Shown here one piece after another: positions 8,852 to 18,491 of a DNA stretch of 64,000 nt; position 1 is the stretch's first letter; the number at the start of each line of letters is the position of its first letter. Source of the stretch: a bacterium. GTDB lineage: Bacteria > Zhuqueibacterota > Zhuqueibacteria > Residuimicrobiales > Krinioviventaceae. Made by a program: the position numbers and the translations under genes. The stretch spans positions 1,152,001 through 1,216,000 of the forward strand of contig OY843751.1 in NCBI GenBank assembly GCA_963693055.1, in the 5' to 3' direction. The notes under the pieces are model-generated. The model did not search any database. It was not told where the DNA came from and worked only from the letters and a program-made list of their open reading frames with translations.

Positions 8852-9823
8852 TTGCTAAGGAGTAAGGAAATTAATAATTTTGCACTGATTGGGGCCGCGG
8901 GCTATATTGCCCCCAGACATTTGAACGCTATCAAGGAAACAGGTAATCAACTGGTATGTGCCTTGGATACAAGCGATTCTGTGGGGATTTTGGATCGATA
9001 TTTTGATGATGTTGATTTTTTTACCGAATTTGAGAGATTTGACAGACATATTGACAAGCTGCGTAGACTAGATACTCCCAAGAAAATTGATTATGTGGGT
9101 ATTTGTTCTCCCAATTATTTACATGACGCACATATTCGGTTTGCACTTCGTTCTGAAGCAGACGCTATCTGTGAAAAGCCTCTTATGCTTAATCCATGGA
9201 ATTGTGATGCCTTGATGCAGGTTGAGGAATTGTATGGAAAAAAAGTATACAATGTATTGCAGCTTCGAGTACATCCCGCCATTGTTGAGTTGAAAAAGAA
9301 AATTCAAGCATCAAAGGGCAAACGTCATTCTATCGATTTAACATATATCACTTCTCGTGGTAAATGGTATTTTTATTCATGGAAAGGTGATATTACAAAG
9401 TCTGGGGGAGTTGCCACCAATATAGGTATTCATTTTTTTGACATGTTGTTGTGGATCTTTGGGGATGTGCAAAAATCTGTTGTGCATTATTCTGATTACA
9501 AGAAAGCAGCAGGCTTTCTTGAGCTGGAAAATGCGGATGTAAGATGGTTTTTGTCGCTTGATAAGAACGATTTACCGGAACAAGCAGTGAAAGAAGGAGA
9601 ATCCACTTTTCGATCCATTACGGTTGATGATGATGAAATTGAATTTTCAGGTGGTTTTACGGATTTGCATACCATAGTCTACAATGATATTTTGAATGGA
9701 AAGGGTTATGGTATCTCTGATGCAAAGCCATCTATTCAGGTTGCATATGATATACGACATGCAGAACCCACCAATTGGGCAGGGAAAATGCATCATCCGT
9801 ATTTAAACAGGATAAACAGTTAA
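8852..9823 (+). CDS. wbpB: UDP-GlcNAcA 3-dehydrogenase (WbpB/WlbA family, Gfo/Idh/MocA)
   Basis: NFALIGAAGYIAPRH, ICSPNYLHDAH, CEKP, TYITSRGKWY..SWKG, ATNIGIHFFD and EFSGGFTDLH motifs. Start codon is ambiguous (TTG 8852 or ATT 8870). Confidence 0.85.
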   Translation: MLRSKEINNFALIGAAGYIAPRHLNAIKETGNQLVCALDTSDSVGILDRYFDDVDFFTEFERFDRHIDKLRRLDTPKKIDYVGICSPNYLHDAHIRFALRSEADAICEKPLMLNPWNCDALMQVEELYGKKVYNVLQLRVHPAIVELKKKIQASKGKRHSIDLTYITSRGKWYFYSWKGDITKSGGVATNIGIHFFDMLLWIFGDVQKSVVHYSDYKKAAGFLELENADVRWFLSLDKNDLPEQAVKEGESTFRSITVDDDEIEFSGGFTDLHTIVYNDILNGKGYGISDAKPSIQVAYDIRHAEPTNWAGKMHHPYLNRINS

Positions 9824-9851
9824 TTGACATTCTGCAATTGTTTGATAATTT
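9824..9851 (+). promoter_or_regulatory. putative internal sigma70 promoter for the cys block
   Basis: Consensus TTGACA, 16-nt spacer ending in TGn, then TAATTT. It begins immediately after the wbpB stop. Confidence 0.45.
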
Positions 9852-9867
9852 GTTATACATATACCTA

Positions 9868-10476
9868 ATGGTTATGACAAAAAATATTATAAAACATAAT
9901 TTTTTATTAAATTCCGTGGATCGGGAAAAATTAAACAGGCACAGAGGTGCCTGTTTGTGGTTTACAGGTTTATCTGGCAGTGGTAAATCTACTATTGCCA
10001 ATTTGTTGGATAAAGCTTTATATGATCTAAAAATCCATTCTTATATTTTAGATGGTGATAATATTCGTACTGGTTTGAATCAGGATCTGGGTTTTTCTCC
10101 TCAGGACAGAGTTGAGAATATTCGTCGAATTGGACATGTGTCAAAATTGTTCGTTGATAGCGGGATTTTGGTGTTAACATCTTTTATATCTCCATATCGT
10201 AAAGACAGGGACAGTGTAAGAGAATTGTTTGATACAGACAGATTTGTTGAAGTTTATGTGAAATGTTCTTTGGATGTGTGCAAATCTCGGGATCCTAAAG
10301 GATTGTATAAAAAAGCAATGGATGGAGAAATTCAGGACTTTACGGGTGTTTCGGCACCTTATGAAGAACCAATTGATCCGGAAATCGTATTAGAAAATAA
10401 TGATAATAATGATCTGGAAACGAGTGTAAAAACAATACTCGATTATTTGAGAAACAAAAATATAATTAGTGTTTGA
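9868..10476 (+). CDS. cysC: adenylyl-sulfate (APS) kinase
   Basis: [13 protein letters not shown]-loop, LDGDNIR, ENIRRIG, RDPKGLY and [11 protein letters not shown]. Start likely ATG 9868 or 9874. Confidence 0.95.
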   Translation: MVMTKNIIKHNFLLNSVDREKLNRHRGACLWFTGLSGSGKSTIANLLDKALYDLKIHSYILDGDNIRTGLNQDLGFSPQDRVENIRRIGHVSKLFVDSGILVLTSFISPYRKDRDSVRELFDTDRFVEVYVKCSLDVCKSRDPKGLYKKAMDGEIQDFTGVSAPYEEPIDPEIVLENNDNNDLETSVKTILDYLRNKNIISV

Positions 10477-10484
10477 GGTTTATT

Positions 10485-11366
10485 ATGGACCATTTGGAAC
10501 AACTGGAAAATAAAAGTATATATATATTGCGCGAAGCTTATGCAAATTTTAAAAATCTTTGTATGCTTTGGTCGATTGGTAAAGATAGTACAGTCTTGTT
10601 ATGGTTAGCAAGGAAGGCTTTTTTTAGTCATGTACCTATTCCACTTGTACATATAGATACTGCTTATAAAATTCCGGAAATGATAGAGTACAGAGACAAG
10701 CTGGCAATGGAATGGTCATTAACTATGATTTATGGCCAAAATGAAGAGGCTTTAAAAACAAAACGCACATTTCCTGATGGAAATGCTGATCGTATTACCT
10801 GCTGTCGTCTGTTAAAGACAGAAGCATTAGTAAATACATTGAATGGTGCTGGAAAACGCTATCGTTTGAATCTTGAAACGGGTAAATATGAAGTTGATAC
10901 CAATACCGAACCCTATACGGGTGTTATTGTGGGAGCTCGCGCTGATGAAGAAGGCAGTCGTTCAAAAGAAAGATATTTTTCTCCCAGAGATCAGGAAAGT
11001 ATATGGGATATAGGTGACCAACCACCCGAGTTCTGGAATCAGTATAAAACTGATTTTGCTCCCGGAACGCATGTGCGGGTGCACCCATTGTTAGACTGGA
11101 CTGAATTGAATATATGGGAATACATAAAAAGAGAGAATATACCAACAGTGTCTTTGTATTATGACCAGGGAGATGGCAAACGTTACCGCTCTTTGGGATG
11201 TTATCCATGTACCTTCCCGGTAGAGTCTGATGCCCAAAATGTGGATGAGATTATTGAAGAATTGAAAACCGGCAAATTTGCAAACATTGCTGAAAGGTCA
11301 GGACGAGCTCAGGATAAAGATGATGGTGGCGGCCTTGAAACTTTGAGACGTGATGGGTATATGTAA
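10485..11366 (+). CDS. cysD: sulfate adenylyltransferase subunit 2
   Basis: WSIGKDS PP-loop, [17 protein letters not shown] and RSLGC motifs. ATG 10485 has GAGG upstream (the track starts at TTG 10473). Confidence 0.93.
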   Translation: MDHLEQLENKSIYILREAYANFKNLCMLWSIGKDSTVLLWLARKAFFSHVPIPLVHIDTAYKIPEMIEYRDKLAMEWSLTMIYGQNEEALKTKRTFPDGNADRITCCRLLKTEALVNTLNGAGKRYRLNLETGKYEVDTNTEPYTGVIVGARADEEGSRSKERYFSPRDQESIWDIGDQPPEFWNQYKTDFAPGTHVRVHPLLDWTELNIWEYIKRENIPTVSLYYDQGDGKRYRSLGCYPCTFPVESDAQNVDEIIEELKTGKFANIAERSGRAQDKDDGGGLETLRRDGYM

Positions 11367-11384
11367 TCTTATAGGATGTTATAA

Positions 11385-13178
11385 ATGAAAGAACAAATGA
11401 ATATAGTAATTGCCGGACATGTTGATCACGGTAAAAGTACAATTATTGGTAGAATGCTTGCAGATACAAAATCTTTGCCTGAAGGAAAGCTGGAGCAGGT
11501 TAAAGCTAATTGTAAATTGAATTCTAAACCTTTTGAATATGCATTTTTGCTTGATGCACTCAAAGATGAGCAGGCACAAGGTATAACAATAGACTCTGCT
11601 CGTGTCTTCTTTAAAACTGAAAAACGTCACTATATTATTATTGATGCTCCCGGACATATCGAGTTTTTAAAAAATATGGTGTCTGGTGCTTCACGAGCAG
11701 AAGCAGGATTGCTTGTTATTGATGCGTATGAAGGAATACAGGAAAATTCCAGAAGGCATGGATATATGCTGTCTATGTTGGGTATTAAACAGATTGCAAT
11801 TCTTGTAAATAAAATGGATTTGGTAAACTATGATCAAAAAGTTTATGATGCTATTGTTAAAGAATATCGGGAATTTCTTGAAAAGATTGATGTAGAACCA
11901 AAATGTTTTATACCCGTGAGTGGTAGGGAAGGTGATAATATTACTGCAAGTATCAATCATATGGATTGGTATCAGGGGGATTGTCTTTTAGATATTTTGG
12001 ATGATTTTGAAAAAGAAAAACCTGATTTTAAAAAGCCATTCCGGTTCCCGGTACAGGATGTTTACAAGTTTACGAATAAAAAAGATGATCGTCGTATTGT
12101 TGCCGGGAATGTAGAAAGTGGCAGTATTAAAGTTGGAACAGAAGTTGTTTTTTATCCTTCAGGTAAGCGCAGTAGAATCAAATCCATTGAAGGATTTAAT
12201 ATTGATCCCAAAGAAACTGCATATGTAGGGGAATCGGCAGGGTTTACTCTTGAGGAGCAGATCTATGTAACTCGCGGTGATATTATGACAAATGCCGCAG
12301 AAATAAAACCCGAGGTTGCGCGTAGATTAAGGTTAAATCTTTTCTGGATGGGAAAAGAACCTTTTGTAAAAAATAAAGATTACTTTTTAAAAGTGGGTAC
12401 AGCCAAAGTACGCTGTCGCCTGGAAGAAATACATAGATTAATTAATGCTTCTGATCTTAACTCCATTCAAAGTGAACAGGTTAATAGACATGATGTAGCT
12501 GAATGTACTTTGCAGTTGAATAAAGCAATTGCTTTTGATACTGTAGATAAAATTGCAACTACAAGCCGTTTTGTGATTGTCGATGATTATGAGATTGCAG
12601 GTGGCGGTATTATCAAAGAGCCACTTGAAGATAAATTGGCTTGGGTTCGTGATAAAGTGATTCTTCGCAATTATAAATGGGAAAAGAGTATTATTACTGA
12701 AGACCAGCGGGCTGAAAAGTATAACCAAAAATCGGTTATGATAATTTTAACCGGTCCCCAAAAAGTTGGCAAGAAGGAAGTAGCAAAATCCTTGGAGGCC
12801 AATTTATTCAATGATGGCAAGTGGGTTTATTTTCTCGGGATCGGTAATGTGCTCTATGGTGTAGATGCAGATATTAAGAAACAAGATAATACAGAGAACC
12901 GGCAAGAACACTTGCGTAGATTGTCCGAAGTGGGACACCTGTTACTTGATTCGGGAATGATTTTGATTGTGACTGCTGTAGAGCTTACTCAGGATGACCT
13001 TGAAATTATTAAAACAACGATTCATCCCGATAAAATCAAAGTTGTGTGGGTTGGAGATGAATTGACTACAGATGTTTCGTTTGATACCAAGGTACCAGGT
13101 TTGCTGGATGTTGAGGAATCCGTGGTTAAATTGAAATCCATGTTACAAGATAATGGATTTATCTATAAACCTTGGTAA
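11385..13178 (+). CDS. cysN: sulfate adenylyltransferase subunit 1 (GTPase) with degenerate C-terminal APS-kinase domain
   Basis: [23 protein letters not shown] and NKMD motifs. The C-terminal CysC-like domain has an eroded P-loop (GPQKVGKKE). Confidence 0.92.
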   Translation: MKEQMNIVIAGHVDHGKSTIIGRMLADTKSLPEGKLEQVKANCKLNSKPFEYAFLLDALKDEQAQGITIDSARVFFKTEKRHYIIIDAPGHIEFLKNMVSGASRAEAGLLVIDAYEGIQENSRRHGYMLSMLGIKQIAILVNKMDLVNYDQKVYDAIVKEYREFLEKIDVEPKCFIPVSGREGDNITASINHMDWYQGDCLLDILDDFEKEKPDFKKPFRFPVQDVYKFTNKKDDRRIVAGNVESGSIKVGTEVVFYPSGKRSRIKSIEGFNIDPKETAYVGESAGFTLEEQIYVTRGDIMTNAAEIKPEVARRLRLNLFWMGKEPFVKNKDYFLKVGTAKVRCRLEEIHRLINASDLNSIQSEQVNRHDVAECTLQLNKAIAFDTVDKIATTSRFVIVDDYEIAGGGIIKEPLEDKLAWVRDKVILRNYKWEKSIITEDQRAEKYNQKSVMIILTGPQKVGKKEVAKSLEANLFNDGKWVYFLGIGNVLYGVDADIKKQDNTENRQEHLRRLSEVGHLLLDSGMILIVTAVELTQDDLEIIKTTIHPDKIKVVWVGDELTTDVSFDTKVPGLLDVEESVVKLKSMLQDNGFIYKPW

Positions 13179-13198
13179 TTTTAAGGAGCGAATAATAA

Positions 13199-14977
13199 TT
13201 GCTAAGCTTTTCTTTTATCTATACTTCGATTGTAGTTTTGGGAATGACTGCTATCTTGATGCTGGATTTGTATGAAGCTGAAATTGTAGTTTTTGCTTCA
13301 TTGATCTTTTTGGTTTTAGGTGGGATCATTGATACAAAAGAAGCCTTTGCAGGATTTTCTAATCATGGTATGATTACTGTTGCATTCTTATTTATTGTTG
13401 CAGCTTCTATTCAAAAAACCGGTTTGCTAAACAAACTTTCTACATTATTGTTGGGTAGAAATAACAAACACATGTCTTTCAAGCTATTCAGGTTTCTTGT
13501 GCCGGTTTCAACCTTTTCAGCATTTTTCAACAACACACCCATTGTAGCGATGTTGATACCTTCCTTGAGGTATTGGGCCCGAAAACACAATATATCCGCA
13601 TCAAAATTATTAATCCCTTTATCATACGCTGCTATTCTGGGTGGAACATGCACATTGATTGGCACCAGTACCAATCTCGTTGTGCATGGTTTGATGATCG
13701 AGAACAATTACCAAGGCTTTTCATTGTTCGAGTTTACCAAGGTCGGACTTCCCATGGCAATTGTTGGATTGCTGTTTACAACATTTGTAGGATTCCGATT
13801 GCTGCCTGATAGAAAAGAAATGGTAGTTCAGCTTTCTGATAATATCCGCGAATTTGTTGTTGGATTAAAAGTCCAAGAGGACTATCAGGCAATTGGAAAG
13901 ACCATTGAGAATGCAGGTCTGCGCCACCTCAGCGGGCTGTTTCTGTTTCAAATAGAAAGAAATGAAAAGATTATAACACCCGTAGGCCCGGAAGAGAAAA
14001 TAAAGCTGAATGATCGGTTATATTTTACTGGACTTCCTGAAACTATTGTAGAACTGCAGAAAACGCAGGGATTGGTGCTCCTTCAGGATAATTTAATAGA
14101 TCTAAAACAATATGATTCCGATAAATACAAAACCTTTGAAGTTGTGATTTCTCAAAATTCACAATTGGTAGGACAAAAAGTTAAAGACAGTGATTTCCGC
14201 AGAAAGTATAATGCGGTTATTTTAGGTATTCACCGCAGTGGAGAGCGGATTCAGAAGAAAATTGGAGATATTGTTCTGCATGTCGGCGACACTTTGTTTA
14301 TTCTTGCGGATAATGGATTCCTTAAAAAGTGGTACTATTCAACCGAGTTTAACCTGGTTTCCGAATCGTTCTCATATCCTTCCAAGCCAGGTTGGTATAC
14401 GCCTTTTGCGCTGATTGTATTACTTGCTATGATTATTGTAATGGGATTCAATCTGCTGCCCATTGTGTTAGCTGTTGCAGTGGCAGCCATGATCTATATT
14501 TTAAGCAAATGTATTTCTCCTGCTGAAGCATTAAGCAGCATTAACTGGAGCATTCTATTGATCATAGCGTCTTCGTTTGGAATCTCCAAGGCATTGGTAA
14601 ACTCGGGAGTGGCTACATTTGTTGCGCATGAGATATTGGGTGTATTTAGTGGAATGGGTGTTTTTGTGATTTTAGCAGTTATCTATTATATGACCAGCTT
14701 TTACACCGAAGTAATTACCAACAACTCGGCAGCTGCGCTCATGTTCCCCATAGCGTTGTCAGTTGCAAATCAGGCGGGACTCGATCCCCGTCCATTCTTT
14801 ATTGCAACCGCTTTGGCTGCCTCGGCAAGCTTTTCAACACCTATAGGGTACCAAACTAATCTCATGGTTTATGGTCCAGGTGGCTATAAATTTCGAGATT
14901 TTCTAAAAATTGGTCTTCCAATGAATATTTTTATTGGACTTTTAGCAATTGTTTTGCTATATTGGTTCTACTTTTAG
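13199..14977 (+). CDS. SLC13/DASS-family permease with two TrkA-C domains (probable sulfate transporter)
   Basis: SAFFNNTPIVA, GGTCTLIGTSTN, TPIGYQTNLMVYGPGGY and two central RCK_C repeats. Located within the cys block. Confidence 0.85.
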   Translation: MLSFSFIYTSIVVLGMTAILMLDLYEAEIVVFASLIFLVLGGIIDTKEAFAGFSNHGMITVAFLFIVAASIQKTGLLNKLSTLLLGRNNKHMSFKLFRFLVPVSTFSAFFNNTPIVAMLIPSLRYWARKHNISASKLLIPLSYAAILGGTCTLIGTSTNLVVHGLMIENNYQGFSLFEFTKVGLPMAIVGLLFTTFVGFRLLPDRKEMVVQLSDNIREFVVGLKVQEDYQAIGKTIENAGLRHLSGLFLFQIERNEKIITPVGPEEKIKLNDRLYFTGLPETIVELQKTQGLVLLQDNLIDLKQYDSDKYKTFEVVISQNSQLVGQKVKDSDFRRKYNAVILGIHRSGERIQKKIGDIVLHVGDTLFILADNGFLKKWYYSTEFNLVSESFSYPSKPGWYTPFALIVLLAMIIVMGFNLLPIVLAVAVAAMIYILSKCISPAEALSSINWSILLIIASSFGISKALVNSGVATFVAHEILGVFSGMGVFVILAVIYYMTSFYTEVITNNSAAALMFPIALSVANQAGLDPRPFFIATALAASASFSTPIGYQTNLMVYGPGGYKFRDFLKIGLPMNIFIGLLAIVLLYWFYF

Positions 14978-14989
14978 GATGAGGGGTTA

Positions 14990-15754
14990 TTGGCAGTAGA
15001 AATCGACAAAATTTGTTCTATCGCTGTGGAAGCGGGTAAAGAAATCCTCAATGTTTACGAATCGAGCGATTTCGAGGTTGAGATGAAAAGCGATAACAGT
15101 CCATTAACTATTGCGGACAAACGATCACACACAGTGATCAAAACTCAACTAGAAAAGCATTATCCGGATATACCCGTGCTTTCTGAAGAAGGCAGGGAGA
15201 TTTCTTTTGCTGAGCGTAAAAATTGGAACCCTTTTTGGTTGGTGGATCCGCTGGACGGCACCAAAGAGTTTATAAAGCGCAATGGTGAATTTACCGTAAA
15301 TATAGCGCTGATTGAAAATAATTTGCCGGTTTTGGGTGTTATATATGCACCGGTGCCAGATACGCTCTATTACGCAAATCAGAGCAATGGCGCCTATATA
15401 AAACATTCGGACTCGGCCCCGTTGCCCATTCATGCGGATACTGATACTATGGATGGCGTGGTGATTGTCCGAAGCCGCTCGCACGCGTCGGATGCTGAGG
15501 ATGAGTTTTATAGCCGCTATACCGTCAAAGACGAGATTGCGGTGGGAAGTTCGCTCAAATTCTGCATGCTGGCCGAGGGCAAGGCGCATGTGTATTACCG
15601 TCATGGTCCCACAATGGAGTGGGACACTGCAGCAGGACACGCCATAGCAAACGCCGCCGGTGCCAGGGTAACCCAACCGGATGGCAGTGCGTTTACCTAT
15701 AATAAGCCCGAGTTGTTGAACGGCCCGTTTTTAGTAAGTGTAAACAATGTGTGA
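14990..15754 (+). CDS. cysQ: 3'(2'),5'-bisphosphate nucleotidase (PAP phosphatase)
   Basis: KSDNSPLTIAD, LSEE, DPLDGTKEF, SRSH, GSSLKFC and EWDTAAG motifs. Confidence 0.95.
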   Translation: MAVEIDKICSIAVEAGKEILNVYESSDFEVEMKSDNSPLTIADKRSHTVIKTQLEKHYPDIPVLSEEGREISFAERKNWNPFWLVDPLDGTKEFIKRNGEFTVNIALIENNLPVLGVIYAPVPDTLYYANQSNGAYIKHSDSAPLPIHADTDTMDGVVIVRSRSHASDAEDEFYSRYTVKDEIAVGSSLKFCMLAEGKAHVYYRHGPTMEWDTAAGHAIANAAGARVTQPDGSAFTYNKPELLNGPFLVSVNNV

Positions 15755-17148
15755 TGATTATGAAAATTTTAAAATACATACCGCTTTTACTGATTGTCGC
15801 GTCTCTTTCCTGTACCAAGGTGTTTGACGCGCCAACCGAATTTTCTTTGTTTGGCAATGTAACCCTTGAGGATGAAACCGATTACAGCGGCATTACCGTT
15901 GAGGTTTACAGCCTGGCGAAAATGGATACCGCGGTAACCAACCTGCAGGCACGGTTTCCCAGCGTGGGATTTCCCATTACCCAGGCAGCTATTTTTGACC
16001 ACCGCGAGAAAACGCCCCTGTACACCACCACCACGGATGAAAATGGCGACTGGGCCCTGAACAAGATTGAAGAAGGGGAATACAACATTGTCGCGCGCAA
16101 AGCGGGGTATGGATGGAAGTATGTATACAATGTAATCGCCGCCACCGAAATGCCTGAAATAGAGCTCAAACCCGAGATTCGTGTGGAAGGCACGCTAGAC
16201 GCCTATACTGTCTGGGGCCCGGACCAGCATTATGTGGTTACCGGTGATATCACCGTACCCGAAAACGGTCAGTTGATTGTGGATAAGGGGACATGGATTA
16301 GATTTGATGGTTACCATATGATTTATGTGAATGGTGCATTCCATACAAATGAAGACGAAGTTGAGTTCATACATTGGGTGGGTGAAGATGGTGCCGAGTG
16401 GAATGGAATGAGAATAAATGAAAATATGACTATTGTATTAAGTAATTCGATTATTAAAAATTGCTCAAAAAGTGTTAGAATTATTAATAATAAAAATGTT
16501 ATTATAGAGAAAATATTTACAAAAGAAATAAAAAGTGATTTTTTTAATATTACCGATTGTGATAATGTAAAAATTAATAATACAATAAATTTAAATAATG
16601 TAAAAACATTTTACTTGTTGAATTGCAATTTTTCAGAAATTAGCAATAATATTTTTGTTTCAAATGAAGATGCATTAGAAATTGAAGATACTGAAGCAAA
16701 TGCTAAAAATAATTATTTTTTGAATAATGAAATTGCACTACATCCACATTTCAGAAAAATGATAAAGATTTCAAATAATAGATTTGAAAATAATGAAATT
16801 GGGATATTTTGTTCGGGGGCTGAACCATCAATAAAATATAATAGCTTTTATAGTAATAAAATGTCAATATATTTAGGAGTTGAATTTTCTAGTTTCGATT
16901 CAAAACCAGAGATAAATTATAATAATTTTTTTGCTAATGAATATGCGATTTACATATGGGGTGTTGAAACAGGATCAAATAGATATGATTTGAATTGTAA
17001 AAATAATTATTGGAATTATTTTTCAAACGAAGAAATAGATGAAATTGTTTGGGATAAAAAAGATTATGAAAACAATCCAGATTTTATTGGAAATGTTATT
17101 TATACTCCTTTTTTATTTACAAGTGTTGATAGTGCTGGCGTTTATTAA
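15751..17148 (+). CDS. lipoprotein: carboxypeptidase-regulatory-like domain plus right-handed beta-helix
   Basis: Lipobox VASLSC, TTTDENGDW..GEYNIVARKAGY (prealbumin-like fold), then Asn/Ile-rich beta-helix repeats ending NNYWN...YTPFL. GC content drops sharply mid-gene. Confidence 0.7.
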   Translation: MMIMKILKYIPLLLIVASLSCTKVFDAPTEFSLFGNVTLEDETDYSGITVEVYSLAKMDTAVTNLQARFPSVGFPITQAAIFDHREKTPLYTTTTDENGDWALNKIEEGEYNIVARKAGYGWKYVYNVIAATEMPEIELKPEIRVEGTLDAYTVWGPDQHYVVTGDITVPENGQLIVDKGTWIRFDGYHMIYVNGAFHTNEDEVEFIHWVGEDGAEWNGMRINENMTIVLSNSIIKNCSKSVRIINNKNVIIEKIFTKEIKSDFFNITDCDNVKINNTINLNNVKTFYLLNCNFSEISNNIFVSNEDALEIEDTEANAKNNYFLNNEIALHPHFRKMIKISNNRFENNEIGIFCSGAEPSIKYNSFYSNKMSIYLGVEFSSFDSKPEINYNNFFANEYAIYIWGVETGSNRYDLNCKNNYWNYFSNEEIDEIVWDKKDYENNPDFIGNVIYTPFLFTSVDSAGVY

Positions 17149-17162
17149 TTCCCCTCACTATT

Positions 17163-18491
17163 ATGATATCAAAAAAAAATGAAGGTGATTTTGCCCCCCA
17201 CACCAATAACTTTGTAAGATCATTTAAAGGAATTCGAAGTATTTTTAGTAAAGGAATAATAAGTGTATTTGATCAATTTATATATTCTGGAACAAATTTT
17301 GTTATAAATTTAATATTAGCAAGATACTTGACAATTTCTAATTATGGAATATTCGGTACAGCTTATGGAACATATTTATTTATGTTTGGGATAAATCACG
17401 CATTTATTTTAGAACCATTAAATATAATCGCTATAAAATATTATAGCAATATGAGATTAAAATATTTATATAGTTTGATTATCATCCAAGTTTTTATAAC
17501 TTTTTTATTTTCATTTATTTTATTACTTATAAGTTTTCTTTTTATTGAAACTAACAATGAAATGTCCATTAGTCTTTTATATTTGGCTATTTTTAGTCCT
17601 TTTATGATAATTTTTTATACATTGAAAAGAATATGCTATTCATTTTTTAAACAATTATATTCATTCTATGGCAGTTTAATATATGTTTTTTTGTTAGTTT
17701 TGTTCTTTTTTTATTTAAATTCTTATGATACAATTAATGTCCAAAATTCATTTGTTATCATGGGAGTGGCTAGTCTTATATCATCATTTTTTATTTTTTC
17801 CTTTTTAAAATATATACTTAAAAATGAAAGTCAAGATCGAAAACCACAAATAATTGATGTTATCAATCATCATTGGCGGTTAGGGAAATGGTTATTATTC
17901 ACTGCTGGAATAGGTTGGTTATCTATTAATATTTATGTACCCATAATTGGATATCTTGGGAAATTAAATACTGCTGCAAGTTTAAAAACTCTTGAAAATT
18001 TTTTATTGCCATTAGAGCAATTGTTAACAGCTATCTCAGTATTTGTTATCCCATATATAATTAATTCTTACAGTAAAATTAAATCTTTAAAATATGTAAG
18101 AACAATTACTACTAAACTTGTATTAGCCGTTTTGCTTTTTTTAGTAGTAATAATTTTAATTTTTTATTTCTTTAGTAATGATTTGTTCGAAATTTTATAT
18201 GACAACGAAGTGTATGAAAAAAGTAGTTTCTTGCTACCATTCATTTGTTTAATTCTTATTTTTCGTACTATTCGAGATTTAAAATTTGGCGTTATTATTC
18301 GAATACTTGAAAAGTTTAAATATTTAATGGTGCCGACTTTATTTTCTTCATTATTTTCTTTAACAATTGGTTTAGTATTATTATGGCAGTATGACATGAT
18401 TGGAGCTGTTATTGCTAAAATACTTACGAGTTTTATAACAATGATTATTTTATATAAATTTTATTTAAAGGTTAGGATGGAAAGTGCTTAA
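17163..18491 (+). CDS. wzx: Wzx-type flippase
   Basis: About 12 TM segments with DQFIYSGTNF..LARYLT..YGIF. First membrane gene of the low-GC cassette. Confidence 0.8.
   Translation: MISKKNEGDFAPHTNNFVRSFKGIRSIFSKGIISVFDQFIYSGTNFVINLILARYLTISNYGIFGTAYGTYLFMFGINHAFILEPLNIIAIKYYSNMRLKYLYSLIIIQVFITFLFSFILLLISFLFIETNNEMSISLLYLAIFSPFMIIFYTLKRICYSFFKQLYSFYGSLIYVFLLVLFFFYLNSYDTINVQNSFVIMGVASLISSFFIFSFLKYILKNESQDRKPQIIDVINHHWRLGKWLLFTAGIGWLSINIYVPIIGYLGKLNTAASLKTLENFLLPLEQLLTAISVFVIPYIINSYSKIKSLKYVRTITTKLVLAVLLFLVVIILIFYFFSNDLFEILYDNEVYEKSSFLLPFICLILIFRTIRDLKFGVIIRILEKFKYLMVPTLFSSLFSLTIGLVLLWQYDMIGAVIAKILTSFITMIILYKFYLKVRMESA

Noticed and set aside
15149-15676. 175-aa antisense ORF in cysQ, and a similar 192-aa ORF at 26365-26943
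   Set aside because: Shadows of well-supported genes in GC-rich stretches where stop codons are rare, with no recognisable motifs.
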